Source of the DNA: Squalus acanthias
Taxonomy: Eukaryota
Length of the DNA stretch: 64,000 nt
NCBI GenBank assembly: GCA_030390025.1
Contig: CM059425.1
Span: 175,648,001-175,712,000, forward strand
Reading direction: 5' to 3'
Both the position numbers and the translations under genes were made by a program. Below are positions 49,072 through 62,509 of the stretch, one piece after another. The notes below the pieces were generated by a model. That model had not been told where the DNA came from and did no database searches. It saw only the letters and a program-made list of their open reading frames with translations. Numbering within the stretch: the first letter of the stretch is position 1; the number at the start of each line of letters is the position of its first letter.

Positions 49072-50810
49072 AACTTTGGGTCAGTCTTTACGAAGGAAGA
49101 CACAAAAAACCTCCCTGGGATATCGGGAAAAATAGGGACATTGGCAAAGGAGGAACTGACGCAAATCAATATCTCTAAGGATATGGTGTTAAGGAAGCTA
49201 AAGGGATTGAAGGCGGACAAATCCCCAGGGCCTGATAACATGCATCCTAGGGTACTGAAGGAGGTGGCCCTAGAGATAGCGGATGCACTAAGCATGATTT
49301 TTCAGAATTCATTAGACTCGGGAACAGTGCCCATGGATTGGAGGGTAGCTAACGTTACCCCACTATTCAAAAAGGGGGGTAGGGAAAAAGCAGGTAATTA
49401 CAGACCTGTAAGCCTTACATCAGTTGTGGGCAAAATGCTGGAGTCCATCATTAAGGATGAAATAGCCGAGCACTTAGCAAATGGGGACAGGATAGGACAG
49501 AGTCAACATGGATTTACAAAGGGTAAATCGTGCTTGACTAATCTATTGGAATTTTTTGAGGGAGTAACTGGTAAAATAGATGGGGGAGAGCCAGTAGATG
49601 TGGTGTACCTGGACTTCCAAAAGGCCTTCGATAAGGTCCCACATAAAAGATTAGCATGGAAAATTGAAGCTCATGGGATAAAGGGGAAAGTATTGACGTG
49701 GATAGAGAACTGGCTGTCAGATAGAAAACAGAGAGTTGGAATAAACGGCTCATTTTCTGAATGGCAGGCAGTAACAAGTGGGGTACCACAGGGATCTGTC
49801 CTGGGTCCCCAGCTGTTCACAATTTATATTAATGACCTGGATCAGGGAGTCGAATGCAGCATTTCCAAATTTGCAGACGACACTAAACTAGGAGGGGGGG
49901 TGGGCTCAGAGGAGGAGACCAGGAAGCTCCAGAGCGATTTGGACAGACTGGGTGATTGGGCGGATAAATGGCAGATGCACTATAATGTGGACAAGTGCGA
50001 AGTTATCCACCTTGGGTGCAGGAACGGGAGGGCAAATTATTATTTAAATGGCAATAAATTGGGAGAGGGGGAAGTACAGAGAGACCTGGGTGTTCTTGTA
50101 CACCAGTCACTGAAGGCGAGCATGCAGGTGCAACAGGCGGTCAAGAAGGCAAACGGTATGCTGGCCTTCATAGCAAAAGGGTTGGAATACAGGAACAGGG
50201 ATACCTTGCTGCAGCTGTACAGGGCACTGGTGAGACCACACCTCGAGTACTGTGTACAGTTTTGGTCGCCTCATCTGAGGAAAGATGTTCTTGCCATGGA
50301 GGGGGTGCAGCGGCGATTCACCAGGCTGATACCAGGAATGGCGGGATTGACCTATGAGGAGAGACTATGTAGTTTAGGGATGTACACACTGGAGTTTAGA
50401 AGATTGAGAGGGGACCTCATAGAAGTGTATAAAATTCTGACAGGTCTAGACAGATTAGATGCAGAAGGAATGTTTCCCTTGGCGGGTGAGAACAGAACTA
50501 GAGGACATAATTTAAGGATAAGGGCTAAACCATTTAGGACAGAAATGAGGGGGAATTTCTTCACTCAGAGAGTGGTGAACCTGTGGAACTCATTGCCACA
50601 GAGGGCAGTGTACGCCAGCTCATTAAATATATTTAAGAGGGAATTAGATATATTTCTACAGGCAAAAGGGGTTAAGGGTTACGGAGAGAAGGCGGGGACG
50701 GGATACTGAATTGAAGGATCAGCCATGATCTCATTAAATGGCGGAGCAGGCTCGAAGGGCCGGATGGCCTACTCCTGCTCCTATCTTCTATGTATCTATG
50801 TATCTATGTA
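49072..50810 (+). mobile_element. Young 5'-truncated CR1 LINE, open 522-aa RT ORF (49141-50709)
   Basis: Uninterrupted RT; (TATGTATC)n tail. Confidence 0.95.
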
Positions 50811-51024
50811 TAAAGGAACAAAGGAGGAGATGAAGAGACATTAAGAGACATTAAGAGATATGCAAGGCTAGAGGTGGTGTTAATGTGACAGATTAAGGCT
50901 GAATGAAGTGTGAAATCCACTGGCAGAATGAAGGACAGCTGCCAGCTTCTAGGAGGAAAAAAAAGGTGGGGGGGACAAATAAAAGGGTGGATAAAATAAA
51001 ATATAAATGTGATTGGAGCTGAGG

Positions 51025-52692
51025 TTATGATCTAAAATTGTTGAACTCGATATTGAGTCCAGAGGGCTGTAGCGTGCCTAAACGAAAGATGAGGTGCTGT
51101 TCCTCGAGCTTACGCTGAGCTTCCGTGGAACAGTGTAATAGGCCGAGGACGGTGAGGTCAGAGTGGGAGTGAAGCGGTGAATTAAAGTGACAGGCCACCG
51201 GGAGCTCGGGGTCCCCCTTACGGACTGAACGGAGGTGTTCCGCAAAGCGGTCACCCAATCTGCGTTTGGTCTCCCCAATGTAGAGGAGTCCACATCGTGA
51301 GCAGCGAATACAGTATACTAAATTGCAGGAAGTACAAGTAAATCGCTGTTTCACCTGGAAGGGGTGTTTGGGGCCCTGGACAGTGGGAAGAGGGGAGGTA
51401 TAAGGGCATGTGTTGCATCTCCTGCGCGTGCACGGGAAGGTGCCGGGCGAAGGGGAAGGGGTGCTGGGGGTGGTAGAGGAGTGGACTAGGGTGTCGCGGA
51501 GGGAGCGGTCCCTGCGGAATGCTGAAAGGGGAGGTGAGGGGAAGATGTGTTTGGTGGTGGGATCACGCTGGAGGTGGCGGAAATGGCGGAGGATGATCCG
51601 TTGAATGTGGAGGCTGGTGGGGTGAAAGGTGAGGACAAGGGGAACCCTATCATGGTTCCGGGAGGGAGGGGCAGGGGTGAGGGCAGATGTGCGGGAGATA
51701 GAACGGACACGGTCGAGGGCCGTGTCGACCACGGTAGAGGGGAATCCTCGGTTGAGGAAAAAGGAAGACATGTCGGAAGCACTGGTATGGAAGGTGGCAT
51801 CATCAGAGCAGATGCGGCGGAGACGGAGAAACTGGGAGAATGGAATAGAGTCCTTACAGGAGGCGGGGTGGGAGGAAGTGTAGTCCAGGTAGCTGTGGGA
51901 GTCGGTGGGCTTGTAGTGAATGTTAGTCAATAACCTATCCCCAGAGATGGAGATGGAGAAGTCGAGGAAGGGAAGGGAAGAGTCGGAGATGGACCATGTG
52001 AAGGTGAGGGAAGGGTGGAAATTGGAAGCATAGTGAATGAAATGTTCTAGTTCAGGGCGAGAGCAGGAGACGGCACCGATACAGTCATCAATGTACCGGA
52101 AAAAGAGGTGAGGGAGGGGACCCGAGTAGGACTGGAACAAAGAGTGTTCCACATATCCCACGAAAAGGCAGGCATAGCTAGGACCCATGCGGGTACCCAT
52201 AGCAACACCTTTAATTTGGAGGAAATGGGTAGAGTCAAAGGAGAAGTTGTTCAATGTGAGAACAAGTTCAGCCAGGCGGAGGAGGGTGGTGGTGGATGGG
52301 GACTGGTTGGGCCTCTGTTCAAGGAAGAAGCGGAGCGCCCTCAGGCCATCCTGGTGGGGAATGGAGGTGTAGAGGGATTGTACGTCCATAGTGAAGAGGA
52401 GACGGTTGGGGCCGGGAAACTGGAAACTGTTAAAATGGCGGAGGGCATCGGAAGAGTCGCGGATGTAGGTGGGAAGAGACTGGACAAGGGGAGAAAAAAT
52501 AGAGTCGAGATAGGAAGAGATAAGTTCCGTGGGGCAAGAACAGGCTGAAACGATGGGTCTACCGGGGCAGTCCTGTTTGTGGATCTTGGGAAGGAGGTAG
52601 AAGCGGGCTGTGCGGGGTTGGGGAACTATGAGGTTGGCGGCCGTGGGGGGAAGATCTCCAGAGGAGATGAGGTCAGTGACAGTCTTGGACAC
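51025..52692 (-). CDS. Penelope-like RT + GIY-YIG ORF (555 aa, N-terminally truncated, uninterrupted)
   Basis: 'FYLLPKIHK', 'MDVQSLYT', 'GVAMG', 'RYIDD', 'NLVYCIRC…YIGET'. Confidence 0.9.
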   Translation of the reverse strand: MSKTVTDLISSGDLPPTAANLIVPQPRTARFYLLPKIHKQDCPGRPIVSACSCPTELISSYLDSIFSPLVQSLPTYIRDSSDALRHFNSFQFPGPNRLLFTMDVQSLYTSIPHQDGLRALRFFLEQRPNQSPSTTTLLRLAELVLTLNNFSFDSTHFLQIKGVAMGTRMGPSYACLFVGYVEHSLFQSYSGPLPHLFFRYIDDCIGAVSCSRPELEHFIHYASNFHPSLTFTWSISDSSLPFLDFSISISGDRLLTNIHYKPTDSHSYLDYTSSHPASCKDSIPFSQFLRLRRICSDDATFHTSASDMSSFFLNRGFPSTVVDTALDRVRSISRTSALTPAPPSRNHDRVPLVLTFHPTSLHIQRIILRHFRHLQRDPTTKHIFPSPPLSAFRRDRSLRDTLVHSSTTPSTPSPSPGTFPCTRRRCNTCPYTSPLPTVQGPKHPFQVKQRFTCTSCNLVYCIRCSRCGLLYIGETKRRLGDRFAEHLRSVRKGDPELPVACHFNSPLHSHSDLTVLGLLHCSTEAQRKLEEQHLIFRLGTLQPSGLNIEFNNFRS

Positions 52693-53289
52693 GGTGGCTT
52701 GATGTTCGGTAGTGGGGTCATGGTCCAGGTGGAGGTAGGAGGTAGTAAATACTGGACTGATCAGTTGGATCCTGGAGAGGCATAGAGTAAGACCTCTTTT
52801 GTATGTAGCACCTTTTTAGTTGATTAAAGCTTACTTTAAGTTCACCACGCGTAAGGCTCATTCTTACGACAGGCACTTCATCCACTAACCTAAACAGCCA
52901 ACCCCATCATCACTGACATACTGTGGCTGCAGTGTGTAGTATCTACAGAATGCACTACAGCATCTTGCCATGGCTTCTTTGGCAGCACCTCCGAAACCTG
53001 TGACATTCACCACCTAGAAGGAGAAGGGCAGCAGGTGCATGGGAACACCATCATCTCCGTTCCCCTCCAAACTCCCCACCATTCTAACTTGGACATCTGT
53101 TGCTGTTCTTTCATTGTCACTGAGTCAAAATCCTGGAACCTTCTACCTAACAGCATTGTGGGAGCAGCTTCATCACACAGGGGTTCAGTGGTTCGAGAAG
53201 AAAGTGCACCCCCATCCTCTCATGGTAACTAGAAATGAGAATGAGGATCCTGCCTTTCAAGGGGAAGGAAGAAGGGTGCTTCATAACCA

Positions 53290-53640
53290 ATAAATTACTT
53301 TTGAAGTGCAGTAACTGTTGTTATGTAGGCAACTAGCCAATTTTGCACACAAGAAGATCTCACAAAAGCGACCTATTAATGTGGTGGTGGTGGTTGAAGG
53401 AGCAATGTTGGGCCAGCTCACTGGGAGAATTCCCAATTCTTCCTTTAGTCATGCTATTAAATCTTTTCCAACCACCTGAGCAGGCGGATGGGCCTCGATT
53501 TAACATCTAATCCAAGGCAATGCATCTCCAACAATGCACTGCTCCCTCAAGATTGCACTGGGGTGCACTATTATGGGCTCAAATTCACATAACTTTCTTA
53601 CTCAGGCAAGAGTGCCATCAACTGAGCCAAGGTGACATTC
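53290..53640 (-). mobile_element. Degenerate Deu-domain (SacSINE-like) SINE
   Basis: Reverse strand has tRNA-like head 'ttggctcagttgatggcact', central 'gatgttaaatcgaggccc', and tail like 2260-2345. Confidence 0.6.
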
Positions 53641-53974
53641 TGATATACTCTATATACCCTGGATTCTGCCAGAATTAGTGGTGACATTGTCTACATCTTC
53701 ATTTAATGCAAAGCTTGTCTCATTGTACAAAAAACAGAAATATAAAATGGAGATGTAAACAAATTTTAGCAATGGAAGTTAATGGCTATTGATCGACTTG
53801 TTGTTTATATATTTTCTTTGATTGTTATAATTCAAACTTTTTTTAATATAAAGAGTTTAGTAAAATACTTTTGCCCTACTTCTGACGGGCATTGTGCTCA
53901 TTTTACCTCCGTATTCCTTACTTTCTTCCAGTTTAGGGCAGGAAGATTTTGGCAGCATTACATTTTACACTCAC

Positions 53975-56265
53975 TTCTGGGAATGAAGCTAGGCAGGTGG
54001 AAAGGGTATCAGTGGGAGAGCATTTTGGTGGCAGGGATCATAATTCAGTTAGATTTAGCGTAGTTATGGAAGAGGACACAGATAGACCAGGAGTAAAAGT
54101 TCTCAATTGGGGAAAGGCCAATTTTACTAAGCTGAAATGTGATTTAGCAAAAGTGGACTGGAAACAGCTACTTGAAGGTAAATCCGTGTCAGAGGCATTC
54201 AAGGAGGGGATAGTGAAGGTTCAGAGCAAATATGTTCCCACAAAGAGAAAGGGTGGGACTCCCAAATCTAGAGCCCCCTGGATATCAAGAGGTATAGAGG
54301 GAAGGAAAAGGCAAAAAAGGGAAGCTTCTGTCAGATACCGAGAGCTGAATACTGCAGAAAACCTAGCGGAGTATAGAAAGTGCAAGGCTGAAATTAAAAA
54401 GGAAATTAAGAAAGCATAGAGAGGGCATGAAAAAATATTGGCAAGTAAAATCAAGGAAAACCCAAAGATGTTTTATAAATACATAAAGAGTAAGAGAATA
54501 ACTAAAGAAAGAGTAGGGCCCATTAGAGACCAAAAATGTAACCTTTGTGTTGAGGCGGAAGACGTAGTTATGGTTCTTAAGGAATACTTTGCATCTGTCT
54601 TCACAAGAGAGAGGGACGATGCAGACATTGTAGTTAAGGAGGAGGAGTGTGAAATATTAGATGAGGTAAACATAGTGAGAGAGGAAATATTAAGGGGTTT
54701 AGCATGTTTGAAAGTAGATAAATTGCCAATTCCAATGAAATGTATCCCAGGCTGTTAAAGAAGGAAAGGAGGAAATAGTGGAGGCTCTGACCATCATTTT
54801 CCAATCCTCTCTGGCTACAGGTGTGGTGCCTAAGGACTGGAGGACTGTTAATATTGTACCGTTGTTTAAAAAGGGAGAAAGGGATAGACCAAATAATTAC
54901 AGGCTAGTCAGCCGTACCTCGGTGGTGGACAAATTATTGGAAAAAATTCTGTGGGATAGTATTAATCATCATTTAGAAAGGCATGGATTAATCAAAGACA
55001 GTTAGCATGGATTTGTTAAGGGAAGGTTGTGCCTGACTAACTTGATTGAATTTTTTGAGGAGGTAACAAGGAGGGTTGATGAGGGTAGCGTGTTTGATGT
55101 AGTCTACATGGATTTTAGCAAGGATTTTGACAAGGTCCCCCATGGCAGACTGGTCAGAAAAGTAAAAGCCCATGGGATCCAAGGGAAAGTGGCAAGTTGG
55201 ATCCAAAAAGGGTAATGGTCAATGGATGTTTTTGTGACTGGAAGGCTGTTTCCAGTGGGGTTCTGCAGGGCTCAGTACTAGGTTCCTTGCTTTTTGTGGT
55301 ATATATCAATGATTTGGACTTCAATCTAGGGGGCATGAATAAGAAGTTTGCAGATGATACAAAAATTGGCCGTGTGGTTGATAGTGAGGAAGAAAGCTGT
55401 AGACTGCAGGAAGACATCAATGGACTGGTCAGGTGGGCAGAAAAGTGGCAAATGGAATTCAATCTGGAGAAGTGCGAGGTAATGCATTTGGGGAGGGCTA
55501 ACAAGGCAAGGGAATACACAATAAATGGTAGGATACTGAGAAGTGTAGAGGGACAGAGGGACATTGGAGTGCAAGTCCACAGATCCCTGAAGGTAGCAAG
55601 ACAGGTAGATAACATGGTTAAGAAAGCATATGGGATACTTTCCTTTATTAGATGAGGCATAGAATATAAGAGCAGGGAGGTTATGCTTGAACTGTATAAA
55701 ACACTAGTTAGGCCACAGCTAGAGTACTGTGTACAGTTCTGGTCACCACTTTACAGGAAAGATATGATTGCACTAGAGAGGGTACAGAGGAGATTTACGA
55801 GGATGTTGCCAGGACTGAAGAATTTTAGCTATGAGGAAAGATTGGATAGGCTGGGGTTGTTTTCTTTGGAACAGAGGAGGCTGAGGGGAGATTTAATTGA
55901 GGTGTATAAAATTATGAGGGGTCTAGATATAGTGGATAGGAAGGACTTATTTCCCTTAGCAGAGAGGTCAATAACCAGGGGGCATAGATTTAAAGTAATT
56001 GGTAGAAGAATTAGAGGGGAGTTGAGGAGAAGTATTTTCACCCAGAGGGTTGTGGGGGTCTGGAACTCACTGCCTGAAAGGGTGGTAGGGGCAGAAACGC
56101 TCATCACATTTAAAAAGTACTTGGATATGCACTTGAAGTGCCGTAACCTACAGGGCTACAGACCAAGAGCTGGAAAGTGGGATTGGGTGGATAGCTCTTT
56201 GTCGGTCGGCCCAGACACGATGGGCCGAATGGCTTCTTTCTGTGCTGTAAATTTCTATGATTCTA
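53975..56265 (+). mobile_element. 5'-truncated CR1 LINE, several stops and frameshifts
   Basis: RT motifs across ORFs 53949-56276; ATTCT tail. Confidence 0.93.
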
Positions 56266-57174
56266 ACGCAGGATAATATATAATTTTAAAATTCATTCAT
56301 TGACCTGATTTACAACAAAATGTAAGAGAAAACACCTTAACTAACCATAAAATTATGATAACTACCAGTTCCATTGGTCATATTTTTAATGGAATGTGTA
56401 ACTTGAAAAACATTTTCCTGTAAGTGTCTAAACAATTTTTACTCAAATTAGTTTGTTGAAATGAAATTAAGAGAGGGAGTAAGTGTATTTGTATCTCTGC
56501 TTTGGGTTTCGTGCACTTTGCTGCATTCCACAAATTCAATTAGTTCCTAAAATTCTTGTGTCTCAACCATAAAATAATTTATTGCATAGTTTTGGGTGTC
56601 TAATCTGAATAGCTGACTCATTGCACATTAGACGAAAACAAGCAATTGAAAAAGGGGAAATATGCAATTCAACATCTTTGTAAGAATAATGTGACATGGA
56701 GCACATATGTCTGGCACTGCATTATAAAGGTAGTTTAGGTGAAGCCATTAAGTGCAAGAATGAAGCTGACGTGATCGTTCATCTAGTAAACACACTGACA
56801 CCTGTAATGTACTGGCAGCCTTTAATAGATTTTTATATTATATGTATCTATGTCTGTTTGTGAGTGTACGTGAGTATACAGTAGTTTTGAACTTCTTAAT
56901 GCTTTGTTTGATATTGTGGGCCAGTACAAAGTGACATAGGAAAGAACATTAAATGACTGAATTAAACTCTTGCACAATTGTAAACTAACAAGGAAGCAGT
57001 GACACAGCACTAACCTGACAGCTGCAACTCATCCCTTTAAATATCGCCCCTGGAGCCGCCATCTGCCTGCTTCACGCCTCCTCTTCCTGTGATTGTCAGG
57101 GCGAGGCGCTAAGGCAGGGGGCGATAATCAATTTGGCAGATTGGGCGCTGAGTGAGCATTGCACGCTCACTGAA

Positions 57175-60100
57175 ACATAGAAACATAGAAACATAGAAGA
57201 TAGGTGCAGGAGTAGGCCATTTGGCCCCTCAAGCCTGTTCCGCCATTCAATGCGATCATGGCTGATCATCCAAATTCAGTACCCTGTCCCTGCCTTTTCC
57301 CCATATCCCCTGATCCCCTTAGACTTAAGAAATATATCTAACTCCTTCTTGAATATATTTAATGAATTGGCCTCAACTGCCTTCTGTGGTAGAGAATTCC
57401 ACAGGTTCACCACTCTCTGGGTGAAGAAATTCCTCCTCATCTCCGTCCTAAATGGCTTACCCCTTATCCTTAGACTGTGACCCCTGGTTCTGGACTCCCC
57501 CGCCATCGGGAACATCCTTCCTGCATCTAGTCTGTCTAGTCCTGTTAGAATGTTATAAATTTCAATGAGATCCCCTCTCATTCTTCTAAACTCTAGCGAA
57601 TATAAGCCTAATCGACCCAATCTCTCTTCATACGTCATTCCTGCCATCCCAGGTATCAGTCTGGTGAATCTTCGCTGCACTCCCTCCATGGCAAGAACAT
57701 CCTTCCTCAGATAAGGCGACCAAAACTGCACACAATACTCAAGGTGTGGTCTCACCAAGGCCTGTACAACTGCAGCAAGACATCCTTGCTCCTGTACTCG
57801 AATCCTCTCGCTATGAAGGCCAACATACCATTTGCCTTCTTAACCGCCTGCTGCACCTGCATGCTTACCTTCAGCGACTGGTGCACAAGGACACCCAGGT
57901 CTCGTTGCACTTCCCCTTTTCCCAATCTATTGCTGTTCAGATAATAATCGCATTTATCCACATTATACTGCATCTGCCATGCATCTGCCCAATCACCCAA
58001 TCTGTCCAAATCATACTGGAGTTTTTCTGCATCCTCCTCACAGCACACACGCCCACCCATGCTTTGTGTCATCTGCAAACTTGAAGATATTACATCTAGT
58101 TCCCTCGTCTAGATCATTTATATATATTGTGAATAACTGGGGTCCTAGCACCGATCCCTGCGGTAACCCACTAGTCACTGCCTGCCACTCGGAAAAAGAC
58201 CCGTTTATTCCAACTCTTTGCTTCCTGTCTGCCAACCAGTTTTCTATCCAAGTCAGTACCTTACCCCCAATCCCATGTGCTTTAACTTTGCACGCTAATC
58301 TCTTATGCGGGACCTTATCGAAAGCCTTCTGAAAGTCCAAATACAGCACATCCACTGGTTCTCCCTTATCTATTCTACCAGTTACATCCTCAAAAAATTC
58401 CAGTAGATTAGTTAAGCATGATTTCCCTTTTGTAAATCCATGTTGACTTTGTCCGATCCTGTCACTGTTTTCCAAGTGCTCTGCTATTACATCTTTTATA
58501 ATGGACTCTAGCATTTTCCCCACTACCGATGTCAGGCTTACCGGCCTATAATTCCCCGTTTTCTCTACCACCTTTTTTAAATAGTGGGGTTACATTAGCT
58601 ACCCTCCAACCCATGGGAACTGTTCCAGAGTCTATAGAATTTTGGAAGATGACCAGCAATGCATCTACTATTTCTAGGGCCACTTCCTTAAGTACCCTAG
58701 GATGTAGATTATCAGGCCCTGGTGATTTATCGGCCTTCAATCCCGTCAATTTCCCTAACAACATTTCCCTACAAATACTGATTTCATTCAGTTCCTCCCT
58801 CTCATTAGACCCTATGTTCCCCGACATCTCTGGGAGTTTATTTGTGTCCTCCTTTGTGAAGACAGAACCAAAGTATGTATTTAATTGCAGAAAACGCTGG
58901 AAAAACTCAGCAGGCCAGGCAGCATGCTGCCTGGCCTGCTGAGTTTTTCCAGCGTTTTCTGTTGTTATTTCGGATTTCCAGCATCTGCAGTATTTTGCTA
59001 TCGTATGTATTTAATTGGTCTGCCATTTCTTTGTTCCCCATTATAAATGCCCCTGATTCTGACTGCAAGGGACCTATGCTTGACTTCACCAATCTTTTTC
59101 TCTTCACATATCTATAGAAGCTTTTACAGTCAGTTTTTATGTTACCTGAAAGCTTACTCTCATACTCTATTTTTCCCCTCTTAATTAATCCCTTTGTCCT
59201 CCTTTGCTGAATCCTAAACTGCTCCCAATCCTCAGGTTTGCTGCTTTTTCTGGCCAATTTATATGCCCTCTCCTTGGATCTTATGCTATCCCTAATTTCC
59301 CTTGTTAGCCACGGTTGAGTCACCTTTTTTGTTTTATTTTTATGCCAAACAGGGATGAACAAATTCTGTAGTTCATCCATGCGATCTTTAAATGTTTGCC
59401 ATTGCCTATCCACCGTCAACACTTTAAGTAACATTCCCCAATCCATCCTAGCCATCTCGCGCCTCATACCATCGCAGTTTCCTTTATTTAAATTCAGTAC
59501 CCTAGTCTCTGAGTCAACTACTACTTAACTCTCCATCTTAATGAAGAATTCTTTCATATTATGATCGCTCCTCCCCAAGGGGCCTCGCACAACAAGATTG
59601 CTAATTAATCCTTTCTCATTACATAATACCCAGTCTAAGATGGCCTGATCTCTAGTTGGTTCCTCGACATATTGGTCCAGGAAACCATCCCGTATACACT
59701 CTAGGAATTCCTCTTCCACAGTACTGTTACTAATTTGGTTAGCCCAATCTATATGTAGATTAAAGTCACCCATGATAACTACTGTGCCCTTATTGCACGC
59801 ATCTCTAATTTCCCATTTAATGCCATCCCCAACCTCAGCATTACTGTTTGGGGGTCTGTATACAACTCCCACTAACGTTTTCTGCCCCATGGTATTTCTC
59901 AGCTCTACCCATACAGATTCCACATCATCAGAGCTAATAACTTTCCTTACTATTGTGTTAATCTCCTCTTTAACCAGCAATGCTACCCTACCTCCTTTTC
60001 CTTTTTGCCTGTCATTCCTGAATATTGAATACCCCTGGATGTTGAATTCCCAGCCTTGGTCACCCTGGAGCCATGTCTCCGTAATCCCAATTATATCATA

Positions 60101-60843
60101 TCCGTTTACATCTATTTGCACAGCTAATTCATCCACCTTATTATGAATGCTCCTCGCATTAAGACACAAAGCCTTCAGGCTTGTTTTTTTAACACTCTTA
60201 GACCTTTTAGAATTATTGTTTACTGTGGCCATGTTTGATTTACACCCTTGATTTCTCTGACTTCCACTTTTGCTTTTCTCCTTCCTGTCTTTTGCTTCTA
60301 TCCTTGCTTCCCTTTCCTCTGTCTCCCTGCACAGGTTCCCAACCCCCTGTCAGTTTAGTTTAAACCCTCCCCAACAGCACTAGCAAACACTCCCCCTAGG
60401 ACATCAGTCCCGGTCCTGCCCAGGTGCAAACCATCCAGTTTGTACTGATCCCACCTCCCCCAGAACCGGTTTTAATGTCCCAGGAATTTGAATCCCTCCC
60501 CCTTGCACCATTCTTCGAGCCACGTATTCATCTGAAATATCCCTCTATTTCTACTCTGACTAGTACGTGGCACTGGTAGCAATCCTGAGATTACTACCTT
60601 TGAGGTCCTATTTTTTAATTTACCTCCTAACTCCCTATATTCAGCTTTTAGGACCTCATCCCGTTTTTTACCTATATCGTTGGTACCTATATGCACCATG
60701 ACAACTGGCTGTTCACCCTCCCCCTCCAGAATGCCCTGCAGCCACTCCAAGACATCCTTGACCCTTGCAGCAGGGAGGCAACATACCATCCTGGAGTCTC
60801 GTTTGCGGCTGCAGAAACGCCTATCTATTCCCCTTACAATAGA
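57175..60843 (-). mobile_element. Long CR1 LINE: ORF1 C-terminal SGNH-esterase part (60472-60789), EN and RT, disabled
   Basis: 'VCCLP.ARVKD…VHIGTND'; 'CLNARSI', 'GITETW', 'MGDFN'; RT; (TTTCTATG)n tail. Confidence 0.93.
58888..59002. mobile_element. 115-bp fold-back Penelope-end insertion inside CR1
   Basis: Perfect 74-bp palindrome 58888-58961; 15-bp TSD GTATGTATTTAATTG (58873-58887, 59003-59017); arm matches 48916-48952. Confidence 0.9.
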
Positions 60844-61129
60844 ATAAAACCCCAGGCGCTAACTGTTAGCAGCGGCGCTAAGGGGCGACTGGACTTGGCG
60901 TGCGGTGCTGAATTCACCTCACCCCGGCGCTACTTCATTAGTGCCCCAGGCGCTAACGGGAGGTGCTAACCAACCGAATTTCTCTTGCTTTTAGTCTAAA
61001 CACTGCCCATTTCTTGGTTATAATGAATTTCTAGCCCATAATCTTCAGCAAAGCAACACTTCCACAGTATTGCAGTGGAGTGGCAGTTTAGATGATGTGT
61101 ATAAATCCTAGAGCGGCGCTTGAACCAAC

Positions 61130-61520
61130 CACCTTCCACTGCATGTTCAAATCCCTCCATGGCCTTGCCCCTCCCTATCTCTGTAACCTGCCCGAACCCT
61201 ATAACCCTCTGAGAACTCTGTGTTCCTCCAACTCTGGTCTGCTTGTGCATATCCCATTCCCTTTGCCCCACCATTGGTGGTTGTGCTTTCAGCCATCGAG
61301 AGTTCAAGCTCTGGAATTCCCTCCCTAAACCTCTCCACCTCTACCATTCTCTCCTCCTTTAAGAGCCACCTTAAAACCTACCTCTTTGATCATGCTTTTA
61401 AACACGCCTCCTAATATCTCCTTCTATTGCTTGGTGTGAATCTTTGTCTGATACACTCCTGTGAAGCATCTTGGGACATTTTCCTATGTTAAAGAATATG
61501 GAATATAGAAAAGCAAGCTG
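61130..61520 (+). mobile_element. L2 LINE 3' end
   Basis: 'FKSLHGLAPPYL…RTLCSS', 'FKSHLKTYLF'. Confidence 0.85.
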
Positions 61521-61879
61521 TTAATGTTTTTGTTGTTGTTGAAGAGGTGAGATTTCTACCACTGAGCTAAGCTGATAGCTGATTGGCCTTGTGCAGGATT
61601 GATAGACAACTTGCCATGTTCCATGTTATGATCATCTCATTGCTTCTCAAATTTTCAAAATGTTGTGTGATGGGAGTGGAAACAGGGGTGTTGCTTCAAA
61701 CTACTGCTACGTCCAAGAAAATGATTTTTTGCCTTGAGATTATCAAAATTCAAAAAGGACCAATTTCAGCTTGATGTAAGGAAAAATAAATCAGATATTC
61801 GAAAGTTATCCATCGAGTACAGTCCATACAAATTCTAAATGGTTCATTCAGGCTCTCTCACCAAAATTAGGAATGTTAT

Positions 61880-62326
61880 AACATAGAAACATAGAAACAT
61901 AGAAACATAGAATCTAGGAGCAGGAGTAGGCCATTCGGCCCGTCGAGCCTGCTCCGCCATTCAATACGATCATGGCTGATCATCCAAATCCAGTACCCTG
62001 TCCCTGCTTTAATCCCCACAGTACACATATCCCACCCTACCCCCGTAACCCCACGTATTTAATTCCCCCTAACATATCCCATCCTATCCCCATAACCCCA
62101 CATATTTAATCCCCCCTAACACTAAGGGTCAATTTATCATAGCCAAATCAACCTAACCCACACATTTTTGGACTGTGGGAGGAAACCGGAGCACCCGGAG
62201 GAAACCCATGCAGACACGGGGAGAATGTGCAAACTCCACACAGACAGTCACCCGAGGTCAGATTCGAACCCGGGTCTCTGGCGCTGTGAGGCACCAGTGC
62301 TAACCACTATGCCACCGTGTTGCCCT
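61880..62326 (-). mobile_element. Full-length tRNA-derived V-SINE (shark HE1-like) with CR1-derived tail
   Basis: Box A TGGCATAGTGG, box B GGTTCGAATC, V-domain 'gtgtggagtttgcacattctccccgtgtctgc…tccggtttcctccca', tail close to the CR1 3' end at 57175-57295. Confidence 0.88.
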
Positions 62327-62509
62327 GTAACAATTAAAATAAGAGCGATGAAGAGGCAAGTAGCTCTTGTAATTTACTGCTCACATTAATGACCTTGTCT
62401 GAGCAGCAGCAACTCCTACAGGATTCATTATGCTGCTCAGTCACATGTAACACGACTGTGTTGACATAATTCAGATGATAGAAAGTAGTGACGCTTAAGT
62501 AAAAGTCCA

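Larger units (their letters stand above)
48911..52745 (-). mobile_element. 5'-truncated Penelope-like element (second family) with CR1 nested in its 3' UTR
   Basis: 13-bp TSD TAAATACTGGACT (48898-48910, 52746-52758); RT + GIY-YIG ORF; hammerhead in tail. Confidence 0.93.
46740..53235 (+). mobile_element. Old family-A LINE, in pieces (46740-46977, 48390-48830, ~52870-53235) separated by younger insertions
   Basis: Pieces are colinear with ~11920-13110. Confidence 0.75.
57005..60985. mobile_element. Partial Harbinger MITE (~57005-57174, ~60845-60985) split by a CR1
   Basis: Right end 'ggcgctaacgggaggtgctaaccaaccgaatttctc' resembles 45544-45582; left TIR not seen. Confidence 0.6.
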
